Part shown: positions 33,689 through 41,769 of the stretch, in pieces
How positions within the stretch are numbered: the stretch's first letter is position 1
Layout of the letters: each line of letters begins with the position of its first letter
Virus record (IMG/VR): IMGVR_UViG_3300049139_000233
Span: 1 to 64,000 of that record
Direction: 5' to 3' (one strand)
Source of the DNA: a virus
Length of the DNA stretch: 64,000 nucleotides
The notes under the pieces: generated by a model
Told to the model about the DNA's origin: nothing
Databases searched by the model: none
What the model saw: the letters and a program-made list of their open reading frames with translations, nothing else
Program-made: the position numbers and the translations under genes

Positions 33689-34696
33689 TCAGGCGTCTGC
33701 ACCCCCTCGCTGCCACGCAGCCCCGGATGATGCGCGGTGGCCACCACCAGGGACGTAGACGTGGGTCGCGAGAGCGGTCTGCACGAGGTGGTCGGAGATG
33801 GCCCGCGCGATGACCATGCCGGTGGCGGCCTCCACGAACCCCCACTGGCCGGCCGGGTTCGCCTCCAGGAACCACCACGTGCCGTCCCGGTCGACCGCGA
33901 AGTCCAGGGCCGCGTACTCCAGGTGCAGCTCGCGCATCAACCGCATGACCTTGTGGGCCAGCGGCTGGCTGAGCCCCACGGCCTCGAACCTCAGACCGTC
34001 CTCGGGCACGGCCCGCCAGTCGAGCGCGTTGCCCGCAGTGATCCGGCACGGGAACATCCGGTCGCCGACCACGGTCAGCCGGATGTCGTACGCCTTGTCC
34101 ACCGGCTGCTGGAAGTAGCACATGGACTGGCGCACGCTGTCGGCGCCTTCCTTGATCTCCCCGGCGGTCACCATCCGCGCCTGGACGAACCGGTCGGGGT
34201 GGGCCGTGAGCGTCTTGCACACGACCCGTCCGCCCTGCTCGCGGGCGAACTCGGCGGCCTGGGCCGGGTCGTTGGTGTACAGCGCCGGCGGGGTGCGGAA
34301 GCCGAGCGATGCGGCCAGCCGCAACTGCCGGGGCCCCGGCCGGGCCTGGAGAGCCCGGACGGGGTGGTTGACCCAGAGCACGTTGTCGAGGCCGTACAAG
34401 AAGTCGTCCAGGATGACCCGGGACTCCTGCTGCTCCCACGTGCCGGGCGGCTCCGGGTGCCACCAGAACACCGACACGACCGACTGGGAGAGCGTGGTGC
34501 GGTGCTCGTCCTCAACCCGGAACCGCAGCGGTTCCCCGTCCGAAAGGCCCGTCATCCGCAGGACCCCCGGACGTGCGAGGTCTGCGGGGTCGATGCGGTG
34601 CACGACGACCTCGCGCTCCTGGATCTGCCGTATCACCAGGTCGGCACCGAGGTCGTCGGGCGCGGTGACCACGAGCACAGTCGGCGGGAGTGGCAT
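33689..34696 (-). CDS. ATP-grasp RiPP maturase (graspetide / microviridin MdnC-MvdD-like ligase)
   Basis: N-terminal VLVVTAPDDLGADLVIRQI..VHRIDPADL and C-terminal YAALDFAVDRDGTWWFLEANPAGQW. The ATG overlaps the precursor stop (TGATG). Confidence 0.8.
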   Translation of the reverse strand: MPLPPTVLVVTAPDDLGADLVIRQIQEREVVVHRIDPADLARPGVLRMTGLSDGEPLRFRVEDEHRTTLSQSVVSVFWWHPEPPGTWEQQESRVILDDFLYGLDNVLWVNHPVRALQARPGPRQLRLAASLGFRTPPALYTNDPAQAAEFAREQGGRVVCKTLTAHPDRFVQARMVTAGEIKEGADSVRQSMCYFQQPVDKAYDIRLTVVGDRMFPCRITAGNALDWRAVPEDGLRFEAVGLSQPLAHKVMRLMRELHLEYAALDFAVDRDGTWWFLEANPAGQWGFVEAATGMVIARAISDHLVQTALATHVYVPGGGHRASSGAAWQRGGADA

Positions 34697-34953
34697 CAGT
34701 CGTCGTCCTTCTTCAGTCCGGTGGCGTTGTGGGTCATGGTCGGGCCGACCAGCATGTACGAGGTCGAGAAATCGTCGTCCTTGCGGAACCCCTGGTGGTT
34801 GTGCGTGTGCGTGGTGGCCCGGATGTCGGCGACGTCCACCACGGCGTCACCGGACGAGGTGACGTTGAGCTGGCGGAGCGGGTCGTAGGTGAACGCAGGC
34901 GTCCGGTCGGCGGGCGGCGCGGGGGTCTCGGCGAGAAGCGCGAAGGCAGTCAT
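34696..34953 (-). CDS. graspetide precursor peptide with two tandem core motifs (85 aa; track start 35037)
   Basis: TTHTHNHQGFRKDDD and TMTHNATGLKKDDD at the C-terminus. ATG at 34953 is preceded by gaagggttacttc. Translationally coupled to the ATP-grasp gene. Confidence 0.7.
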   Translation of the reverse strand: MTAFALLAETPAPPADRTPAFTYDPLRQLNVTSSGDAVVDVADIRATTHTHNHQGFRKDDDFSTSYMLVGPTMTHNATGLKKDDD

Positions 34954-35048
34954 GAAGTAACCCTTCGAGTGGGGCCGTTCGGGCACGGCCCGTTCCTGTG
35001 TTCCGTGTTCCGTGCGCGTCGCCGGGCGGGTCGACAATCCCGGCGATC

Positions 35049-35066
35049 ATGGATTAATTAAACCAT
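35049..35066 (-). promoter_or_regulatory. AT-rich palindrome, copy 7 (upstream of the graspetide cassette)
   Basis: Sequence atggattaattaaaccat, the reverse complement of 37572..37589. Confidence 0.55.
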
Positions 35067-35149
35067 GGTTGTGTGATGCACGCAACCCCTGAACACGCCA
35101 AAGCCCCGGTGCCTTTCCGGCCCGGGGCTCAGGGTTGGGTGGCAGCCGG

Positions 35150-36430
35150 TCACAGCCGCGCGGCCACCTGCTCGCGCAGCTCGGCGGCGGCCGGCGAGTC
35201 GGGGACCGACGGCAGCCGTGCAGCCACCGTGGCCAGGCCGTCGGAGATCTTCGTGGACTGAACGCCGGCGGAGCACTCCAGGAAGTCGGACCACGTCGCC
35301 AGCGCCTCGCCCGTGTTCCCCCGCTTGAGCTGCACGTGACCGAGGTCCGCCAGCACGATGGCGCGGGTACGCCGGCGGTCCAGACCGTGGATGTCCAGGG
35401 AGAGGTGCAGGTGCTCCTCGGCGGCGGCCAGGTCGCCGAGCCGGGCGAGGATCATCCCCGATTCGTGAGCCCACCGGCCGTGGCTGTAGTGGCTCGCCCA
35501 CGACTGCCCCGGCGCGGCCGGTGCGTGCTCCATGGCGCCCTGCGCGGCGGACAGCATCCGAGCCGCCGTGGCACGGTCGCCGTCGGCGGCCTTCGCGCGG
35601 GCGAGCGTGTTGCGGTAGTAGGCCAGGGCCTTCGGGTTGTCCAGTCGCCGCCCGCGCTCCTCGCACGCCTCCGCCAGACGCACGGCGGTGGGGACGTGGC
35701 CGAGGTCGATGGCCTGGTCCGCGAGACCGCGCAGCGCCGTCGCTGCCAGCTCGTTCTCCCCGGCCTCGGTGGCCAACCGCACGCTGTGCACGAGGTAGCG
35801 CTGGCTCAGCCCCACACTGCCCTCGTCCCGGGCCATCCACCCGATGAGGTGCACCAGTTCCGCCGTCGCCGCGAACAACTCGCGGCCGACCTTCTCGGTG
35901 TACTTCCCGTCCAGCCAGCGGCGAACGTCCTCGGTCAGGTAGCGCACGGCGAGGTGCCGCGCGTGCCCGCCGCCCAGCTCCGACGCCGCGTCGCCCAGGG
36001 TGCCGGTCATCGTGCGCACGGCGGAGACCTCGCCCATGCCGACGGCCACCGGCCCCGGGCGCGCCACGCGCCGGGTGACCGCGTCGGTGTCCGGCAGGTC
36101 GAGCGCTGCGAGCCCGGCGGCGGCCGACGCGGTCAGGAAAGTGCGGCGGTCCACGTCGTCTCCCCCAAGGGTCATCACAGAGGTCACGGTGTCGTCCGGG
36201 GCCGGGCTGTCTCCGCCCCGTGAGAGGTCCAGGCCCAGGGCCTGCTCGATGTACGGCAGCCATTCCACCGGCACGCGCCGGCCGGTCTCCCACCGGTACA
36301 CCTGCTGACGGTCGCAGAACCCCCGGCTGCCCCAACGCAGTTCCGATAACTGGTCCGCGAGGGCGGCCTGGCTGCACCGTGGCCGCCGGGCCTCTCGGGC
36401 GGCGCGGATGCGTTCGCCGATTGTCGACAT
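35150..36430 (-). CDS. XRE-family HTH regulator with a C-terminal TPR-like domain (prophage repressor candidate)
   Basis: N-terminal IGERIRAAREARRPRCSQAALADQL..QQVYRWETG HTH. Long helical-repeat C-terminus. Divergent operator-bearing intergenic region. Confidence 0.8.
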   Translation of the reverse strand: MSTIGERIRAAREARRPRCSQAALADQLSELRWGSRGFCDRQQVYRWETGRRVPVEWLPYIEQALGLDLSRGGDSPAPDDTVTSVMTLGGDDVDRRTFLTASAAAGLAALDLPDTDAVTRRVARPGPVAVGMGEVSAVRTMTGTLGDAASELGGGHARHLAVRYLTEDVRRWLDGKYTEKVGRELFAATAELVHLIGWMARDEGSVGLSQRYLVHSVRLATEAGENELAATALRGLADQAIDLGHVPTAVRLAEACEERGRRLDNPKALAYYRNTLARAKAADGDRATAARMLSAAQGAMEHAPAAPGQSWASHYSHGRWAHESGMILARLGDLAAAEEHLHLSLDIHGLDRRRTRAIVLADLGHVQLKRGNTGEALATWSDFLECSAGVQSTKISDGLATVAARLPSVPDSPAAAELREQVAARL

Positions 36431-36464
36431 GTCGTTTCCTCGGTCTCTGGTCTGTGGTCCACAT

Positions 36465-36498
36465 CTGGCCTACGCCTGGCCTACAGTCTGGCAGCTAC
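36465..36498. promoter_or_regulatory. three direct repeats CTGGCCTAC / CTGGCCTAC / CTGGCAGCTAC at ~11-nt spacing (operator candidate)
   Basis: Located in the 124-bp divergent region between the repressor and 36555..36935. TTGACT-17 nt-TACGGA lies just downstream. Confidence 0.45.
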
Positions 36499-36554
36499 TC
36501 CCGGACCGGGGCAGGGCGTTGACTGGTCATCACACGACGACTACGGAGGACAGC

Positions 36555-36935
36555 ATGCCCGGCACCCTCGCCCTTCCCACCTTGACGAAGACCGCCCGCC
36601 GCGCGGCGGAGATCCACGGCGCCTGGGCGGCCGACCCTGCGATGCCGGACGTCGCCGGGTGCATGGCCGACGCCGTCCGGGTCCTCGCCATCCGGGCCGC
36701 CGTGCACGAGACGACCGGCGACGCCAGTGCGGCGGCCCTCCCGGCGCCGGCGGCCGTGGAGCTGTCCGGCCGGCTGCTGGAGCGCCAGTTCCCCGAGCTG
36801 TCCCAGGTCGCGGAGCGCAGCGGACACGCCCTCGTCCACGGGGCCGACGGCGGCCGGTGGGAGCCCGGCGACTTCCTGCACCGCGTCTACGCCGAGGCGT
36901 TCGGCCCGGTGACGGGGCGGCACTGGCCGGTGTGA
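36555..36935 (+). CDS. hypothetical protein divergent from the repressor (126 aa)
   Basis: Internal ATG of track ORF 36408..36935, preceded by ggaggacagc. Confidence 0.75.
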   Translation: MPGTLALPTLTKTARRAAEIHGAWAADPAMPDVAGCMADAVRVLAIRAAVHETTGDASAAALPAPAAVELSGRLLERQFPELSQVAERSGHALVHGADGGRWEPGDFLHRVYAEAFGPVTGRHWPV

Positions 36936-36952
36936 CAGCGGCCGGACAACGG

Positions 36953-36990
36953 CGAAGCCCCGGGACCTGTGGTGGAGTCCCGGGGCTTCG
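36953..36990. terminator. bidirectional hairpin
   Basis: Stem cgaagccccgggac / gtcccggggcttcg between convergent genes. Confidence 0.6.
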
Positions 36991-37002
36991 CCGTGCCTGC
37001 GG

Positions 37003-37380
37003 TCAGGGGCGGGGGACTTCCTTCTCCACGCGGCCGACGGCGTCCAGGCCGGTCATCACCAGGTGGATGCTGTTGGCGATGTCCATGAGCAGGTCACCGG
37101 CCCGGCCGCGCTCCTCACTCACCTCGCGAGTCTCGATGGTGCGGTGGTTGATGCGGCGGACACCGGCGAGGCGGGAGCCGGTGCGGCCAATGCGGGCGGC
37201 CAGGCCGGACAGCGGGTTGTTCTCGTCGTAGCGGTAGCCGTAGCCGTCGGCGGTGATGTAGTCGATGATGCCGGGGATGCCGTAGACCTTGTGCTCGGCC
37301 AGGGTGTCCGCGTAGTGGCTCAGGATGGCGCCGATGTAGAGCATGGCGGGGGCGGCGGCGCGGGTGGCGGTGGCGGTCAT
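37003..37380 (-). CDS. hypothetical protein (125 aa)
   Basis: Internal ATG of track ORF 37003..37479, preceded by gaccaaggaatgaggaaccgaag. Confidence 0.8.
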   Translation of the reverse strand: MTATATRAAAPAMLYIGAILSHYADTLAEHKVYGIPGIIDYITADGYGYRYDENNPLSGLAARIGRTGSRLAGVRRINHRTIETREVSEERGRAGDLLMDIANSIHLVMTGLDAVGRVEKEVPRP

Positions 37381-37427
37381 CTTCGGTTCCTCATTCCTTG
37401 GTCGGTCGGTGCGGTGTCCCCGTCCCG

Positions 37428-37445
37428 ATGAATTAATTAAACCAT
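37428..37445 (-). promoter_or_regulatory. AT-rich palindrome, copy 8
   Basis: Sequence atgaattaattaaaccat, 48 nt upstream of the start at 37380. Confidence 0.55.
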
Positions 37446-37571
37446 GGGGTCTCGCAAAGAACAACCCGGAGGATGGCACGGAACCTGTCTGCCGCAGAAT
37501 CGCTCCTGGCGAAGCGCAAAACGTGTGTTTTGAGCGCGCCCGGTTCTCGGGGTTGCGCGGCAGGGGTCGGC

Positions 37572-37589
37572 ATGGTTTAATTAATCCAT
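37572..37589 (+). promoter_or_regulatory. AT-rich palindrome, copy 9
   Basis: Sequence atggtttaattaatccat, 30 nt upstream of the ATG at 37619. Back-to-back with copy 8. Confidence 0.55.
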
Positions 37590-37618
37590 GGGTTCACCGA
37601 CCAGGGAACGAGGACCGC

Positions 37619-37849
37619 ATGAGCGCTCAGACCACCACGTGCACGGAGAAGACGGCCAGCCGATGGCACTCGCCCGACCCGTTCGGGGTCTGGGGTGAGC
37701 GTGACCCGAACCCGGTGGACCCGGGCCCGTACCGCGACGGCGAGACCATCGAGTGCCGGACGTGCGGTGCCACCGTCGTCGTGACGCACCGGATCACCAA
37801 CAAGCGCGCGACCGGCACGCAGTACGTCGGCGACCTCGCCGCGCACTGA
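37619..37849 (+). CDS. hypothetical protein (76 aa)
   Basis: Internal ATG of track ORF 37343..37849, preceded by ccagggaacgaggaccgc. Confidence 0.8.
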   Translation: MSAQTTTCTEKTASRWHSPDPFGVWGERDPNPVDPGPYRDGETIECRTCGATVVVTHRITNKRATGTQYVGDLAAH

Positions 37850-37860
37850 CCTCAGACGCG

Positions 37861-37895
37861 GAGAAGCCCCGCCGGACCGCCCGGCGGGGCTTCTC
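37861..37895 (+). terminator. GC hairpin
   Basis: Stem gagaagccccgccgg / ccggcggggcttctc. Confidence 0.55.
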
Positions 37896-37939
37896 CGCTT
37901 CCCAGGCAGCCCACAGGCTGGAAGGTAGGCTCATCGTAC

Positions 37940-39022
37940 GTGACCACCACGATCACGACCACCGGCGCCGGCAGTCCCCTCCTCGCCTCCGCGATGCACG
38001 ACCACCTCGCCTCCCTGCGCGAGCGGCTTGGCGTGGTCCGGCCGCGCGACCGCCGCACCCGCCGGCTCAGCCCGCCGGTGTACCGGCTGGACCTGCTGCA
38101 CGAGCTGGTGGAGCGCGAGACGTTCGAGCACGTCGTCACCTGGCTGCGGTCGCGCCGCTCCGACGGCACCGCCCGGGAGTACGCGGATGACGTCCGGCAC
38201 TGGGCCCTGGCCGGGCGGGAGTTGTGCGGCACCGAGCCGTGGTACCTCGGCTCCATCACCCCGGACGTCATTCCGGTGTGGCGCGGATGGGCGACGGAGG
38301 ATCTGGGGCTGCGCGGCCGGCGGGTCAACCGGCTCTGCTCCTCTCTCACCTCGCTGATCGAATGGGTGAAGTACCAGACCCGCCAGGAGCTGATCCACCC
38401 CATCACCCGGTACGACCGGTTCAAGGTCGACCCGGACGACGAGTCGTCCATGACCCCGATCCTGGAAGTCGCCGAGCTGCAAGCCGTGCTGAACGCGTGC
38501 GACACGGCCCGGCAGGCGTTCGCGGTCTCCCTGATCTACACCCTGGCAGGCCGCGTCTCGGAGTGCTGCGACGCCGGCGCGGATGACCTGTCCTCGGAGT
38601 CGGGGACGTGCGTGCTCACCTTGCGGCGCAAGGGCGGCAAGACGGTGCCGTTCCCGCTGCCGGCGGAGCTGTGCGAGCTGGGCGCGGCGGCCTGGCGGGG
38701 CAGCACGAGCACGGCGCTCCTGCTCGATGACGACGGCCGGCCGATGGACCGGCACGCGGTGGACCGGCTGCTCAACCGCCTCGGCCGGACGGCCGGTGTC
38801 CTGCCCGGCCGGGACCTCACCCCTCACGTCCTGCGCGCGAGCAAGCTGACCCACATGTACGACGAGGGCACGGCGCCGGACGACATCCGCCGGTTCGCCG
38901 ACCACGCGAACGTCTCCACGACCATGCGGTACATCCGGCGCCGCACGAACGCGGGTCTGCGCGCGAAGCACACGCAAGCGGCCGTGAAGGTGTACGAGGG
39001 CCTGGTGAACCGGTTCCTGTGA
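37940..39022 (+). CDS. int: tyrosine integrase / site-specific recombinase
   Basis: LAGRVSE (R), HVLRAS (H-x-x-R), HANVSTTMRYI (H..Y) catalytic pattern. 360 aa. Confidence 0.85.
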   Translation: MTTTITTTGAGSPLLASAMHDHLASLRERLGVVRPRDRRTRRLSPPVYRLDLLHELVERETFEHVVTWLRSRRSDGTAREYADDVRHWALAGRELCGTEPWYLGSITPDVIPVWRGWATEDLGLRGRRVNRLCSSLTSLIEWVKYQTRQELIHPITRYDRFKVDPDDESSMTPILEVAELQAVLNACDTARQAFAVSLIYTLAGRVSECCDAGADDLSSESGTCVLTLRRKGGKTVPFPLPAELCELGAAAWRGSTSTALLLDDDGRPMDRHAVDRLLNRLGRTAGVLPGRDLTPHVLRASKLTHMYDEGTAPDDIRRFADHANVSTTMRYIRRRTNAGLRAKHTQAAVKVYEGLVNRFL

Positions 39023-39030
39023 CACGACGA

Positions 39031-39058
39031 AGCCCCGGAGTCACGGGACTCCGGGGCT
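39031..39058. terminator. bidirectional hairpin
   Basis: Stem agccccggagtc / gactccggggct between int and the convergent gene. Confidence 0.55.
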
Positions 39059-39080
39059 GGTCTGCGGGCAGGGACCGTGG

Positions 39081-39362
39081 TCAGGCGCGGGAGACGCGTA
39101 CGTAGGTGCCGGTGACGGCGTCGCCGGCGACCCAGTTGCCCTCACGCTTCCAGCCGTTCGCGGTGAGGACGGAGTCCGCCTCGGCGTACGGGCCGTCGGG
39201 CTCCGCGCCCATGACGTAGTCCACGCTGTCGCCGGTCAGCCGGATCGTCTCCGACAGCACGGCGTCCTTGCCTTCCCGGCCGCCGTACATCGTGACGCCC
39301 TCGAAGACCTCCACGCGGGCCGTGTCGTCGGATTCAGCGGTGAGGTACGCGCGAGTCTGCAT
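39081..39362 (-). CDS. hypothetical protein (93 aa)
   Basis: Internal ATG of track ORF 39081..39425, preceded by ggaggaactgacc. Confidence 0.8.
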   Translation of the reverse strand: MQTRAYLTAESDDTARVEVFEGVTMYGGREGKDAVLSETIRLTGDSVDYVMGAEPDGPYAEADSVLTANGWKREGNWVAGDAVTGTYVRVSRA

Positions 39363-39388
39363 GGTCAGTTCCTCCGTGGTCCGTGTTC

Positions 39389-39406
39389 CTGATTTGATTA
39401 AATCAT
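39389..39406 (-). promoter_or_regulatory. AT-rich palindrome, copy 10 (degenerate)
   Basis: Sequence ctgatttgattaaatcat, 27 nt upstream of the start at 39362. Overlaps the exonuclease stop. Confidence 0.45.
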
Positions 39407-40674
39407 GCTTCGGCCGGGACGGCAACCCCGGCCGCCATCTCCCGCAGCCGGTCCACGACCGCGCGGCAGTCCGACGCGGCCCGGTGGTCCCCGCCGTACA
39501 GCGGCTGCCAGCGGTAACCGCCGTGGTAGTCGGACCACTCCCCCACCCAGTCGGAGTAGGGCACCATCACGTCCTCGAACCGCAGCGTCTCCAGCCACGC
39601 GGCGGCCGAGGCGGCGGGGTCGTCGTGCCCGGCCTCGCGGTAGTGCAGCGTCAGCTCGTGCCGCAGCCGGCCGACGTCGAACCCCCGGTTGTAGACCAGG
39701 CACCGCCGGTTGATCAGTGCGCCGGTGAGCTGCACCAGGACTTCTCCGAACCGGGGCTTCCCCCGCACGTCCGCGTCGGTGATGCCGTGGACGTCTGCCG
39801 CCTCGGCCGGAATCGGCTCGCCCGGGTCGAGCAGCGTGTCCACCAGGACCTCGCCGCCGACGGTCACCACGGCGATGTCCACGATGCGCGCCCCGTCGTG
39901 CAGCCCGGACGTCTCCGTGTCCAGGACGACCGTGCGCGGATCGGCGAGGGCGTCCCGCGCCCACGCCGACAGGTCCGCGACCTCACAGCGACGGGCTTCA
40001 TCAACCCGGCGCGCGTTCTCCGCGTCCTCGCGGCGCCGGGTCTCCTGCCAGCGGCCGTACGCCTCGGCACACGGCGGGCACCGCCGTGGTTCCCGCCAGG
40101 TCCCGGCCGCCCGCGCAGCGTCGATCTCCTCGTCCGTCACCGTCTGCGCCGTGCACTCGTGGCCCGGGTATCCGGGGCAGGTACGGCGCCACGCGGCGGC
40201 CCGCTCGTCGGCGAGCTGCTTGCAGAGCGCATAGCGGATCCGGCACGGGTCGCACGACGGCCAGCCGTGCACGTCCCTCGGCAGCGCGGCCCCGGCCTCG
40301 CGCCGGCACCTCTCGCAGGTGCGTGCCCACCGGTCCTGCGCTTCCTGCTGCGCCCGTGTCTGGCAGTCGGTGCACCGGGTGTAGACGACGTACCCGCGCA
40401 CCTCCTTGCACTCCGGGCAGGTGCGGCGGGACGTCATCGCGGTGCGCTGCTTCGCGGACAGCGGGCGCATCGCCGCTGCGCCGGCGGGGTCGTACATCGG
40501 GAACTCGCCCCAGCCGTGTCCGCGCCGGTACACCCGCAGCAGGGCCACCGGCTCCTGGCCGTCGGCCGGCTTGAGCCGGTCCGCCTTCAGCTCCGTCCGG
40601 GTGCGCAGATGCTGGTGGTGCTCGGGGATGTCCCGGCGCTCATAGACCGGGAGCGACGTGGTGGTGTCGGTCAT
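39403..40674 (-). CDS. multi-zinc-finger N-terminal domain fused to a DnaQ-like DEDDh 3'-5' exonuclease
   Basis: Several CxxC pairs in the N-terminal half. VVLDTETSGL (Exo I), VYNRGFDVGRL (Exo II), GGDHRAASDC (Exo III, H-x4-D). Confidence 0.8.
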   Translation of the reverse strand: MTDTTTSLPVYERRDIPEHHQHLRTRTELKADRLKPADGQEPVALLRVYRRGHGWGEFPMYDPAGAAAMRPLSAKQRTAMTSRRTCPECKEVRGYVVYTRCTDCQTRAQQEAQDRWARTCERCRREAGAALPRDVHGWPSCDPCRIRYALCKQLADERAAAWRRTCPGYPGHECTAQTVTDEEIDAARAAGTWREPRRCPPCAEAYGRWQETRRREDAENARRVDEARRCEVADLSAWARDALADPRTVVLDTETSGLHDGARIVDIAVVTVGGEVLVDTLLDPGEPIPAEAADVHGITDADVRGKPRFGEVLVQLTGALINRRCLVYNRGFDVGRLRHELTLHYREAGHDDPAASAAAWLETLRFEDVMVPYSDWVGEWSDYHGGYRWQPLYGGDHRAASDCRAVVDRLREMAAGVAVPAEA

Positions 40675-40709
40675 ATCGGGAAGGTACCGCGAGGCACTGA
40701 CAACCGAGG

Positions 40710-40943
40710 TCAGTTCGGGGCGCGCAGTCGGTAGTCCGGGCACTTGCCGGGGTCACCCCACGGCGCCTTGTGAGGCTTGGTGCTTCCGCACCAGGGGCAC
40801 GGGAGCACCGGGCGGGCCTGGCTTCCCTCGATCCCGCAGTACCCGGCGTCGCCGAACTCGGCGTTGCTGTAGACGACGATGGCCGGACGGCCGCAGGTGC
40901 ACAGCTCGCCGGGTGCGGCGAGTCGCTCTGTCGAGTCGGTCAC
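40710..40943 (-). CDS. small zinc-binding protein (77 aa)
   Basis: Track ORF. CTCG ... CPWCG. Confidence 0.7.
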   Translation of the reverse strand: MTDSTERLAAPGELCTCGRPAIVVYSNAEFGDAGYCGIEGSQARPVLPCPWCGSTKPHKAPWGDPGKCPDYRLRAPN

Positions 40944-41191
40944 CGCCCGGCCTCTCGAACGCCGGCGACGACCCCGTCCAGGAACGCGTACACGCTCGCT
41001 CGGTCCATTGGGCTCTGGCCACTGCCGCCCACGTGCACCGAGTACCTGTCGTCGTCCAGGTCGATGACGTGGATGCGCAACCCGGTCTCACAGGCCGCGA
41101 CGCCAGCGGTCCACTGAACCTCCAGATGAGGGGGCCAGTTCGGGTCATACGGCGGGTTGTGGCTGCCATCGGGGTTCCGCGTCACGTCCAT
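40940..41191 (-). CDS. hypothetical protein (83 aa; start uncertain)
   Basis: Internal ATG of track ORF 40940..41299, chosen to avoid overlap with the upstream gene. Confidence 0.6.
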   Translation of the reverse strand: MDVTRNPDGSHNPPYDPNWPPHLEVQWTAGVAACETGLRIHVIDLDDDRYSVHVGGSGQSPMDRASVYAFLDGVVAGVREAGR

Positions 41192-41222
41192 GGCCTGCAG
41201 ACTACCGGCCGCCGACGGCCCG

Positions 41223-41654
41223 TCAGGCCCATTCCCGCGAGGCGAGCAGGGCCGCGCCGGCCCACACTGCGCCCCACACGAGGGCAGGGGCTGGGACACC
41301 GACGGTGAGGGCGACGGCGGCGGTGACGGCGGCGGACAGCCAGCCGGACACGCACCACGGGCAGGTGATCAGCTCGGCCAGCCAGTACGGGGACCAACGG
41401 ACCCGGCGCACGTACCGGTTCGTCTGGCCGTCGATGAGCGTCAGCGTGCCGAGCTGAGGGTGCCGGACGAACGGCTCGTCGTCCGTCGGACGGGCCGGGG
41501 CCCACTTCTCCTGCTCCGGTTCCGTCAGCGGGCGCCAGCCGCCGGCGAGGCGGTCGCGCAGCCAGAGCACCGGCGGGAAGGTGTCGCGGGCGGCGAGGCG
41601 GGAGGCGCGGTACGAGGCGAGGATCATGCAGGCGATGAGCAGCCAGGTGGGCAC
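41223..41654 (-). CDS. DUF1360-like membrane protein
   Basis: TM segments plus LITCPWCVSGWLSA motif. Confidence 0.7.
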   Translation of the reverse strand: MPTWLLIACMILASYRASRLAARDTFPPVLWLRDRLAGGWRPLTEPEQEKWAPARPTDDEPFVRHPQLGTLTLIDGQTNRYVRRVRWSPYWLAELITCPWCVSGWLSAAVTAAVALTVGVPAPALVWGAVWAGAALLASREWA

Positions 41655-41769
41655 TGTCGTGGCTCCGTGGTCCGTGGACGGGACGCCCTGTCGGGCGACG
41701 TGTTGGAGGTGGTCACCAGGCCGAGCGCCCCGCCGTAGGAGAGACGTTCCGCCTGGTGTGCCGGTTGCG

